Both the position numbers and the translations under genes were made by a program. From Gammaproteobacteria bacterium (lineage in GTDB: Bacteria; Pseudomonadota; Gammaproteobacteria; JBPCXB01), in NCBI GenBank assembly GCA_051008935.1, contig JBPCXB010000211.1:8503-72502 (forward strand): a stretch of 64,000 bases of DNA, read 5' to 3'. Positions 8,163 through 15,689 of the stretch are shown piece after piece. Under the pieces are notes generated by a model. The model did not search any database. It was not told the DNA's origin and saw nothing but the letters and a program-made list of their open reading frames with translations. Every line of letters starts with the position of its first letter. The stretch's first letter is position 1.

Positions 8163-8495
8163 TCAGCTTCCCGCTTTGGAATTCTTGATGACCCGAAGTC
8201 CTTTTGTACCACGCCCACGTCCTTTAGTGATGGTGTAGCCGTAGATACCCAGATTGAGATCGCCCAGATTGTTGATTGCTTCATAGATTTGAAGCGCAAC
8301 TGGGTCATCTTTCTTGTCAACCTCTCGACTTTGCTCCTTTTTCCATTTTAGAAAAGCGTCTTGGGCTATTTTATCGCCCACTGCTTTCTTCAGGGTGGCT
8401 AGCTTCTTGAGTTCGTATTTTTTTAGTTTGGATTCATCAAAAATGTTCTTTTTTGATGGCTCAGTGCTACTTTCAATGTTTTGTTCTGGATCCAT
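8163..8495 (-). CDS. orphan small Lys-rich protein with predicted helical N-terminal half and GRGRG C-terminal tail
   Basis: The 110-aa ORF is visibly lower in GC than its neighbours. The central part is Lys/Glu-rich (KLKKYELKKLATLKKAVGDKIAQDAFLKWKKEQ) and the tail is GYTITKGRGRGTKGLRVIKNSKAGS. I recognise no family. Confidence 0.5.
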   Translation of the reverse strand: MDPEQNIESSTEPSKKNIFDESKLKKYELKKLATLKKAVGDKIAQDAFLKWKKEQSREVDKKDDPVALQIYEAINNLGDLNLGIYGYTITKGRGRGTKGLRVIKNSKAGS

Positions 8496-8585
8496 ATGTC
8501 TTGCCTGCTTGTTAGTGTTAGATTAAATGTGAGTTGATACACTTCACGTAATTGCTAGTGTATCATAAATATCAATGAAGATCAA

Positions 8586-8668
8586 TTGGATAGATATTTT
8601 TTATCCATGGATGCCATCCATTAACAAGCAATATTATCGATTGAATACCCTTCCATTTTATCAAATGG
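8586..8668. promoter_or_regulatory. AT-rich divergent control region with operator-like palindromes
   Basis: TGGATA(8587-8592)...TATCCA(8602-8607) form an inverted repeat. ATGGATGcCATCCAT (8607-8621) is a perfect 15-bp palindrome. CCATTTtatcAAATGG lies at 8653-8668. The region sits between the minus-strand small gene and the plus-strand SDR gene. Confidence 0.4.
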
Positions 8669-8795
8669 ATAGCTGTATAGTTAATAAAATTTTTGAATAT
8701 TAAATACCGCTTTTAAACTATCCTACCTATTGGGCGTACCTGTTGGGTTAGAATTGCCTTCAGGTTTTGATACAGCATGCAAGAGGTCTCATTCT

Positions 8796-9569
8796 ATGAC
8801 ATACCAGCCATTTGATTTATCTAAAAAGAGAGTGTTAGTGACGGGCGGAAATCGAGGTATTGGCTTGGGTATGAGTAAAGCGCTTGCTGCTGCAGGTGCT
8901 GATGTGACTATTTGGGGAACTAATTTTGAACGCAACCAGCAAGCAATACAGGCGCTTAATGAGATAGGAAACGGCAAGAAACGGCAGGCTGTAGTAAATG
9001 TAGGCTCAGAGGACGAAGTGGTTCAGGCCATGGAATCTGCCTGTCAATCCTATGGACCTTGGCATGCAGTTTTTGCCAATGCAGGTATTGGACGCGGTGG
9101 TTATGCCTTTAAAGACATTCCTTATGAACAATATCGGGAAGTGTTATCGGTGAATCTTGACGGTGCTTTTTTTACTCTCAGAGAAGGCGCCAAATGGATG
9201 ATTGAAGGAGGCGAAGGCGGGTCGCTGGTGGGAGTATCGAGTTTGGCAGCAATCGAAGGAGCTGCAGGCAGTCAACACTATGCTGCGACTAAAGGCGGGT
9301 TGATTTCCATGATTAAAGGGATTGCCGTAGAATGTGCGCGCCATGGTGTCCGCGCTAATGCGATATTGCCTGGCTGGATTGCTACAGATATGACCGAGGG
9401 AGCGCAGCAGAGTACTGCTTTTGCGGAAAAAGTGGTGCCGAGAATCCCGGCTCGGCGCTGGGGCAAGCCTGAGGATTTTGGCGGGCTGGCAGTCTATTTA
9501 GCCAGCGCAGCTTCGTCATATCATTCGGGCGATACGTTGGTTGTGGACGGCGGCTATTCCATCTTTTAG
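8796..9569 (+). CDS. short-chain dehydrogenase/reductase (SDR) family oxidoreductase
   Basis: The TGxxxGIG cofactor motif (VLVTGGNRGIGLG), NAGI and catalytic YxxxK (YAATKGG) are present. The ATG at 8796, with AAGAGG 9 nt upstream, is preferred over the tracked start at 8730. Confidence 0.85.
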   Translation: MTYQPFDLSKKRVLVTGGNRGIGLGMSKALAAAGADVTIWGTNFERNQQAIQALNEIGNGKKRQAVVNVGSEDEVVQAMESACQSYGPWHAVFANAGIGRGGYAFKDIPYEQYREVLSVNLDGAFFTLREGAKWMIEGGEGGSLVGVSSLAAIEGAAGSQHYAATKGGLISMIKGIAVECARHGVRANAILPGWIATDMTEGAQQSTAFAEKVVPRIPARRWGKPEDFGGLAVYLASAASSYHSGDTLVVDGGYSIF

Positions 9570-9620
9570 ACAGCAAAGGTCTCTTGGAATTGAGCTGGCA
9601 TGTTGTACATGTGCCAGCTA

Positions 9621-9854
9621 TTAGAAGCTGTCGGAAGGGTCGGCATTGGGGTCTAGTATTCTGACAGGTACAGCTTGTTCTGCCAGACTCGCAGCGTGAT
9701 TGTCCTGATGGCCCTGATTACTTGGATTGACTTGTTGCCAGTCGCATGAAACACAGCTAGCTGCAATAATCTGCCCTTCGTGCAATTCCCCCTTGATGCA
9801 GTCGATATCTTGGCATTTGGGACAGGTTGCGCCGGCAATGAATCTCAGCTTCAC
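9621..9854 (-). CDS. yheV: YheV-family putative zinc-ribbon protein
   Basis: MKLRFIAGATCPKCQDIDCI...ASCVSCDW shows two CxxC pairs and the RFIAGAxCPxC signature. The GTG start overlaps the aroE stop (GTGA). Confidence 0.7.
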   Translation of the reverse strand: MKLRFIAGATCPKCQDIDCIKGELHEGQIIAASCVSCDWQQVNPSNQGHQDNHAASLAEQAVPVRILDPNADPSDSF

Positions 9855-10714
9855 GGGTTGTGGCTACTCAGTTCAGAGCGCAGGCGCAGGATAACTTGCT
9901 CTGCATCCGGTTGAAATTGGTGCCAGATTGAAAAAGAAAGCGCTGCTTGTTGCACCAGCATATTAAGGCCATCGCTGTGTTGTTTTCCTTTCAGATCAGC
10001 AGCTGCGCAAAAGGCGGTAGGCTCGAGGTTCTGGTTGTAATTCAAATCGTAACACAGGTCGGACCATTCAACAGCCTCTAGCAACTGAGAGGGCAATGGA
10101 TCATCGTTCTTGCGGCCGTATGAGGTGGCATTGATCGCTAGATGGTAGTGTTGAGAAACTAACTTCGGGCTGGAAGTGGCGATGATGCGTTCGCTGAGAA
10201 GCGCATTGAATGTTTCTGAAAGTGTCTGAGCATGGGCCATGGTACGGTTTGCGATGACAAGCAGCTCGGGTTTCTGCTCCAGGAGCGCGGGGATAATACT
10301 TCGGGCAGCTCCCCCTGCTCCGATCAGGAGGATGCGCTTGTTTTCAAGCGATCCTGTTAGGTTGGCGAGTGAACGTATCAACCCTACCCCGTCGGTGCTA
10401 TCGGCCCATATCTGATTGTCTTGAACCCAGAGGGTATTGGCGGTTTGCGTGGCTTGCGCTTGTGAGGTGGTATGTTTGGCCAGTGCGAACGCTCTTTTTT
10501 TGAATGGCAGAGTGATGTTTAGCCCTGTGCCGTTCTGCTCGAAGAACGTGTTGATAGTTCTTTCAAATATCGGCTCTTCGGTACTCGGTTCGAGCTTTTC
10601 GTAGCTCAAGGAAATTCCAGCTTGTTTTGCAAAATACTGGTGAATTATTGGAGACAGGCTGTGTTGGATAGGGTTTCCAACAACTGCAAATTGCGTTGGC
10701 TGTTTGTTTTTCAT
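9851..10714 (-). CDS. aroE: shikimate dehydrogenase
   Basis: FAVVGNPIQHSLSPIIHQYF, NITLPFK and LLIGAGGAARSI are present. Confidence 0.9.
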   Translation of the reverse strand: MKNKQPTQFAVVGNPIQHSLSPIIHQYFAKQAGISLSYEKLEPSTEEPIFERTINTFFEQNGTGLNITLPFKKRAFALAKHTTSQAQATQTANTLWVQDNQIWADSTDGVGLIRSLANLTGSLENKRILLIGAGGAARSIIPALLEQKPELLVIANRTMAHAQTLSETFNALLSERIIATSSPKLVSQHYHLAINATSYGRKNDDPLPSQLLEAVEWSDLCYDLNYNQNLEPTAFCAAADLKGKQHSDGLNMLVQQAALSFSIWHQFQPDAEQVILRLRSELSSHNP

Positions 10715-10770
10715 CAGCGTTTTGTATCTAGGTAAAGCGTTTTAACGGGGTATGCATGCGGTATTTGAGG

Positions 10771-11727
10771 TTACTGAAGCCATTCTCGGGGTTGCAGGAA
10801 GTCATCAAGAGCCGCTTCAGGGCTACCCTCGGCAGGTTTGTAATTGTAGTCCCATCGTGCACAGGGCGGCAATGACGCTAGGATCGATTCAACGCGTCCT
10901 CCTGATTGTAGTCCGAATCGGGTGCCGCGATCGAAAGCCAGATTGAATTCTGCATAGCGTCCTCTTCGATGCAGTTGAAATGCCTTTTGGTTAGGGCTGT
11001 AGCTGCGCTTGGCGTATTTGCGCGCCAAGCTGGACCAAGCTTTGGCAAAGTGGCTACAGACCGACCGAGCCATGTTCAAGCATTGGTCAAAATCTCCTGA
11101 GTTATAGTCGTCAAAAAAAATGCCGCCAATGCCGCGCATTTCTTTTCGATGGGGCAAATAGAAGTAGTTGTCGCAGGTTTCTTTGAAGGTGCGATAGTGA
11201 CCCGGAGCGAAGGGTTCAATGGCGTCCTGCGCAGCTTGATGCCACAGACGGCAGTCTTCCGGTTCTGGGTAGCAAGGGGTGAGATCGAAGCCTCCTCCAA
11301 ACCACCAGTTCGTTGCTGCTGTATTGTCATTGCCATCGCCATCGTCAGCAAAAGCGCCGGCCTGAAAAAAGCGCACGTTCATATGGGCGGCCGGTATCCA
11401 AGGGGATTGCGGATGTATGACGGTTGATACGCCCACTGCTTTCCAAGTTTTGCCGATGAGTTCGGGGTGGCGTTCGGCGGCTGTTTTAGGCAGTTGGTTG
11501 CCGCCCACACAGGAAAATCCGATAAAGGCTTTTTCGATCAGGTTGTTGTCTGCTGTAATTGCTGATATGCCGCTTCCGAGTGCGCTGTTCCAGTGATCCG
11601 AGACGAAGCAGCTGTTGCCTTCTACCTGATTGACACACTGGATCAGATTTTGTTGTTCCTGCTCGAAGCAATTCTTTACACAGTCAAATTGTGTTTGCAG
11701 TGTAGAGGGTGGAGGTCTCGAGTTCAT
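10771..11727 (-). CDS. hemF: oxygen-dependent coproporphyrinogen-III oxidase
   Basis: HPQSPWIPAAHMNVRFF, WWFGGGFDLTP and RKEMRGIGGIFFDD are present. Confidence 0.92.
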   Translation of the reverse strand: MNSRPPPSTLQTQFDCVKNCFEQEQQNLIQCVNQVEGNSCFVSDHWNSALGSGISAITADNNLIEKAFIGFSCVGGNQLPKTAAERHPELIGKTWKAVGVSTVIHPQSPWIPAAHMNVRFFQAGAFADDGDGNDNTAATNWWFGGGFDLTPCYPEPEDCRLWHQAAQDAIEPFAPGHYRTFKETCDNYFYLPHRKEMRGIGGIFFDDYNSGDFDQCLNMARSVCSHFAKAWSSLARKYAKRSYSPNQKAFQLHRRGRYAEFNLAFDRGTRFGLQSGGRVESILASLPPCARWDYNYKPAEGSPEAALDDFLQPREWLQ

Positions 11728-12305
11728 GGTAGATCACAGCCTGCTGGCGGGCGTGTGTGTGTTTGGTTTTCAAGATCGTAGATGGGGGTGGCTCCTTTTA
11801 AGCTGCCTATATCGCCTTCCATAATCCAGTGAATCTGCCCTTGGAAATAGTCCAGCACCTGTTGTTTTGAGCGCGCTGGGGGCATCTGTGCGGGGTTGGC
11901 AGAGGTAGAGGTGATGGCTCCATCAAAAATCTTGCAGAGCGCTCGTACTGGAGGATGCGCGCTGATTCGTGCAGCAACTTTTGGGTTGTCTGCTGTTCCA
12001 CGAATCCACCAGGGGCAGTTTTCAGATGCAGGTATCAGATAGGTGTGTGGCCCAGGCCATTGGGCTTGCTGAAGGGCTGGGTAGTTGGGTGCTATGTAGG
12101 GCGCCAATTGTTCTAGATTGGCAGCGACCAAAATCAGCCCTTTTTCGTAAGGGCGTTGTTTGAGGGCGAGCAATCTGTCTATGGCTTTTGGATTAGCCGG
12201 GTCGCAACCCAGCCCCCATACGCCTTCGCAAGGATAGGCTACGATTTCGCCGTCTTTAAGTGCTTGTGCAAATGGATGCAGCGGCTCAGGGGTTGAGGTC
12301 AGCAT
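11724..12305 (-). CDS. tsaC: L-threonylcarbamoyladenylate synthase (YrdC/TsaC type)
   Basis: The YrdC-domain pattern is present: VAYPCEGVWGLGCDP, LKQRPYEKGLILV, TSTSANP. The ATG at 12305 (MLTSTPEPL) minimises overlap with purE; the maximal ORF reaches 12362. Confidence 0.8.
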   Translation of the reverse strand: MLTSTPEPLHPFAQALKDGEIVAYPCEGVWGLGCDPANPKAIDRLLALKQRPYEKGLILVAANLEQLAPYIAPNYPALQQAQWPGPHTYLIPASENCPWWIRGTADNPKVAARISAHPPVRALCKIFDGAITSTSANPAQMPPARSKQQVLDYFQGQIHWIMEGDIGSLKGATPIYDLENQTHTRPPAGCDLP

Positions 12306-12780
12306 CTTGTTGGCGCACTTTGTCGGCCATTTTTTGAGTCTCTTGGGCGAGTTTTTGTGCAACGGTCGGATTGCTCAAGGCCAGAATACGGGCAGCCATC
12401 CATGCTGAGTTGGCACTAATACCTAGCCCTGTACAGGCAACGGGCACTCCTTTGGGCATTTGAATGGTGGATAACAAGGCATCGACGCCTTGTAGAGGTC
12501 CAGTGACGATAGGAATACCGATGACAGGTTTCAGGCTGTGGGCTGCGACTGTACCGGCGAGGTGAGCGCTGAGGCCTGCTGCTGCCAGAATGACAGCACA
12601 CCCTCTTTGTTCAGCATCAGACAATATGCTGCGCAAATCATCCGGTGTGCGATGGGCAGAGGCGATGCGTGTTTCAAACGGGATATTGAGCTGGGTCAGG
12701 ACTTCCTGTGCTGGAGCAACCTGTGGCAGGTCAGAGCCTGAGCCCAAAACGATCAGTACAAACTCTTCGGTGGTATTCAT
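12286..12780 (-). CDS. purE: 5-(carboxyamino)imidazole ribonucleotide mutase
   Basis: VLIVLGSGSDLPQ, SAHRTPD and AAGLSAHLAG are present. The internal ATG at 12780 (MNTTEEF) fits the usual PurE length; the tracked start is 12831. Confidence 0.9.
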   Translation of the reverse strand: MNTTEEFVLIVLGSGSDLPQVAPAQEVLTQLNIPFETRIASAHRTPDDLRSILSDAEQRGCAVILAAAGLSAHLAGTVAAHSLKPVIGIPIVTGPLQGVDALLSTIQMPKGVPVACTGLGISANSAWMAARILALSNPTVAQKLAQETQKMADKVRQQDADLNP

Positions 12781-13201
12781 GGTTAGTGTCGCTAAATAGT
12801 AGTTGCTAGATCCGAAATTCGGAAGGTGCAAAACAGAATAGTATAGCGAGAAAAAGGCTTGATGTGATTGGCATCAACCCTGCAGTATTATCGAACCTCA
12901 GGGTTAGGGCTGATTAAGGCGTTCATCTGCATAGAGTATAATGCCAGTATGCCCGTGCTATATCTTTGATCTGCCTTTTTGCTGTACTTGGATTTAGTTG
13001 CACGATGGTTTGTTGCTAGGGGGCGCAGAGTACAGGAGATGCATTCGGGATTCAGTAGATTAAGGGAAGATGCATTGCGCACTTGCTTAATCATGACTCT
13101 GCCCTCATATCATACTTTGGCGACAAATATCTCAGATTTATCAGACCTATTTATCAGAATTAGTGGATGAATGAGATATTGACCAAGGAGTATAAAGACT
13201 G

Positions 13202-13597
13202 ATGACTGATTCGGATAAAGAATTTAATGCAGCCGAATCTCTGGAGGAGATGACCGTTAAGCCTAATGGGTCTGCAAGACAGGCGCACTACACTTTAGGT
13301 CAGGTTGTTCGGCATAAATACCTGGATTTTCGGGGAGTCATTTTTGACGTCGACCCAAAATTTAACAATACAGAAGAATGGTATCAGGCGATTCCTGTTC
13401 AGTTTCGCCCTGACAAAAAGCAGCCTTTCTACCATCTGTTTGCGGAGAATGAGGAAGCATTCTATACGGCCTATGCCAGTCAGCAGAATCTGATGCTGGA
13501 TGAAGATGCTGCGCCTATCGATCACCCGGATATCGATAAATATTTCTCTGGTTACAGCAACGGCACCTATCAGGTCAAGGACAGCATCAGAAACTGA
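13202..13597 (+). CDS. hspQ: heat-shock protein HspQ (YccV, hemimethylated-DNA-binding domain)
   Basis: LGQVVRHKYLDFRGVIFDVDPKF...EEWY...PFYHL is present, and SD AAGGAG lies upstream. Confidence 0.8.
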   Translation: MTDSDKEFNAAESLEEMTVKPNGSARQAHYTLGQVVRHKYLDFRGVIFDVDPKFNNTEEWYQAIPVQFRPDKKQPFYHLFAENEEAFYTAYASQQNLMLDEDAAPIDHPDIDKYFSGYSNGTYQVKDSIRN

Positions 13598-13617
13598 TTG
13601 CTTTTCAGTTCGGAAGT

Positions 13618-14409
13618 TCAGGTTTTAGTGGCCTGATTTCGGGTTCTGTAGTAGGTCAAAAGACGCCCCAACAGTAGCCCTAGCTCAAATAGCGTCCAGA
13701 TAGGGATGGCCAGAACCAGCTGGGAGACGACATCAGGCGGCGTCAGTAGCATGCCCGACACCAAACAACCGATGACGATATAAGGGCGCATGTGAGCCAG
13801 TCGTTTGGCGCTGACGACCCCCAAAGTAATGAGTGCTATGACGACAATCGGGGTTTGGAACGCTAGCCCGAAGGTTAGCGCAAATCTCAGCACAAAGTTC
13901 AGATAGCTGTTGATGTCGGTCATCACGGTAACGCCTTCGGGCGCTGCGGTGATGAACAGGCTGAATAGAAGCGGCAGGATCAAGTACCAACAGAATGCTA
14001 TCCCTGCGTAGAAAAGCAGGATGGATAACGGTAGCAGCGTCGCACCGATAATCTTTTCGCTTCTATAGAGGGCGGGCGCTATGAAGGCCCACAGTTGATA
14101 GAGTATCCACGGCATCGCAAGTAGTACGGCTATATAGATACTCAGTCGGATGGGCGCCAGAAAAGGGGCGGCCACCTCGGTGGCAATCATACTGCTGCCC
14201 TCTGGCAGCAGGTTTCTGATGGGTAAAGACACCAATTCATAGACGCTACTGGAAAACGGCAGTAGCACCAGAATGAAGACGGCAATACCAGCTGCTGCCA
14301 TGAGCAATCGGTATCGGAGCTCGCTGAGATGGGCGATCAGAGTTTGCGGCTCATCCTGGGTTGAAGTAGTCTCCGATTTTTGCAGGCGTTCAGAGGGAGA
14401 ATCGTTCAA
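13618..14409 (-). CDS. tatC: twin-arginine translocase subunit TatC
   Basis: HLSELRYRLL is followed by six TM segments, within tatA-tatB-tatC gene order. Confidence 0.92.
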   Translation of the reverse strand: MNDSPSERLQKSETTSTQDEPQTLIAHLSELRYRLLMAAAGIAVFILVLLPFSSSVYELVSLPIRNLLPEGSSMIATEVAAPFLAPIRLSIYIAVLLAMPWILYQLWAFIAPALYRSEKIIGATLLPLSILLFYAGIAFCWYLILPLLFSLFITAAPEGVTVMTDINSYLNFVLRFALTFGLAFQTPIVVIALITLGVVSAKRLAHMRPYIVIGCLVSGMLLTPPDVVSQLVLAIPIWTLFELGLLLGRLLTYYRTRNQATKT

Positions 14410-14669
14410 GAATACTCCTTGGAGGCACGCTCTTTGGCATCTGGCTCTGGCTCTGGCTCTTGTTCCTGAATAGGGGGTTTGAGTATATCAGGATGCGGCG
14501 TATCGGGCATATCCCGTTCGAGTTCCCAACGAAAAGTCTGGTAACTAGAGCTGATGCGTCGTTGCCAGAGCCCCAGGGTGCGCAATACATTGGGTAGTCT
14601 TTTTGGTCCCAGCACCAGCAGGCTGGCAACAGCGACCAGTAGGAATTCGGCAATTCCTATATCAAGCAT
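14406..14669 (-). CDS. tatB: twin-arginine translocase subunit TatB
   Basis: MLDIGIAEFLLVAVASLLVLGPKRLP is present. The gene overlaps the tatC start by 4 nt. Confidence 0.88.
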   Translation of the reverse strand: MLDIGIAEFLLVAVASLLVLGPKRLPNVLRTLGLWQRRISSSYQTFRWELERDMPDTPHPDILKPPIQEQEPEPEPDAKERASKEYS

Positions 14670-14708
14670 GGTCTGTTGCTCGTCAGTTCATCGAATGCAG
14701 CTGGCGGC

Positions 14709-14900
14709 TTAGTCGATATGCTGCTTGGACTTTGAGGTCTTCTTTTCTGTTTCATCTTCGTCATTGAGCCCTTTGCGAAAGCTGCGGATGGCTGTACCCA
14801 AGTCGCCACCAATATTACGCAGCTTGCTGGTGCCGAACAGTAGGGCAATGATTGCCAGAATGATGAGCAGTTCTGTAATGCCAAAATTACCGATTCCCAT
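14709..14900 (-). CDS. tatA: twin-arginine translocase subunit TatA
   Basis: MGIGNFGITELLIILAIIALLFGTSKLRNIGGDLG is present. The ATG at 14900 is preferred over the tracked start at 14930. Confidence 0.9.
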   Translation of the reverse strand: MGIGNFGITELLIILAIIALLFGTSKLRNIGGDLGTAIRSFRKGLNDEDETEKKTSKSKQHID

Positions 14901-14948
14901 AGCACATTGTTTCGTTTTGCAATATTCCAATAATCGATTTTAGTGGTT

Positions 14949-15644
14949 TTAAGTTTTTCGGTTGCGTTTTTCAGTAAGCCCCGATACTCCAGCGCGTTTA
15001 TTGAGTTCAGCCAGTATATCTGTTGTTTGGCCATCGAGGCTGTGTAGTAGCACCAGAGAATGAAACCACAGATCTGCAAGCTCAGCTACCAATCGGCTGA
15101 CGGGCTGCTGGCCTTGTTGTACCTCTCGAGCGGCCTCTACGACTTCTTCTGCTTCTTCTGTGCATTTGCTCAGCATCGTTTCCAGCCCATCATGGTACAG
15201 TTTGGCCACATAGGATTGGTCAGGGTCGGACTGCTTGCGTTGCTCGAGCAATTCTTGTATCTGGGACAGAATGTCGGTGTTGCGGGTTTGCAATGGAGGC
15301 GTTTCAGCCTTCGCCAGAGAATGGAAAAAACAGGATCTGGCGCCGAGATGACAGGCGGGGCCTTTCTGCTCGACCAGATACTGCAGGCAATCCTTATCGC
15401 AGTCTGTGCGCACTTCCACCAAGCGCTGGCTATTGCCAGATTGTTCTCCTTTCACCCATATGCGGTTGCGTGAGCGCGAAAAATAAACCCCTCGCTGTTG
15501 TTCGATAGCTTGTTGCAGCGCTTGTTGGTTGACCCAGGCTTGCATGAGTAGCTCGTCATTGTGGTAGTCTTGGACGACCACGGGCAGTAGGCCGCTGGTG
15601 GGCCATAAAAGCTGTTTGAGATCCTCTGGGTTGAATGCAGTCAT
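14949..15644 (-). CDS. hisIE: bifunctional phosphoribosyl-AMP cyclohydrolase / phosphoribosyl-ATP diphosphatase
   Basis: The N-terminal part has the HisI pattern (LLPVVVQD, FSRSRNRIWVKGEQSGN, DCDKD, ACH). The C-terminal part has the HisE pattern (SYVAKLY, EEAEEVVEAA). Confidence 0.9.
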   Translation of the reverse strand: MTAFNPEDLKQLLWPTSGLLPVVVQDYHNDELLMQAWVNQQALQQAIEQQRGVYFSRSRNRIWVKGEQSGNSQRLVEVRTDCDKDCLQYLVEQKGPACHLGARSCFFHSLAKAETPPLQTRNTDILSQIQELLEQRKQSDPDQSYVAKLYHDGLETMLSKCTEEAEEVVEAAREVQQGQQPVSRLVAELADLWFHSLVLLHSLDGQTTDILAELNKRAGVSGLTEKRNRKT

Positions 15645-15689
15645 GGGGGATAGGAGAGCGTTCGATAGGTGATGCAGAGTGTACTGTAT

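Larger units (their letters stand above)
7707..8263. repeat. tandem triplication (180, 202 and 175 bp units) spanning the convergent 3' ends of the Sel1 gene and the small minus-strand gene
   Basis: Units are 7707-7886, 7887-8088 and 8089-8263. Each begins GCAGAGG(C/T)TAGC...GGCTGCCT(A/G)GATAAACAG...TACAAGGGCTGCTAA and ends ...CCCAGATTGAGATCGC. Units 2 and 3 carry a 10-bp duplication (GATAAACAGT x2). The number of CACTTGT-like heptamers differs between units. Confidence 0.9.

Noticed and set aside
7707-8263. Tandem repeats considered as a possible CRISPR array
   Set aside because: The units are 175-202 bp and directly abutting with no unique spacers. They consist of duplicated gene ends. No cas genes or leader are present.
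12832-13201. 370-bp purE-hspQ intergenic region with two tracked ORFs (63 and 68 aa), or a possible sRNA
   Set aside because: The ORFs lack SD sequences and recognisable motifs. I found no conserved RNA signature (tRNA T-loop, SRP, 6S-like) and no clear terminator.
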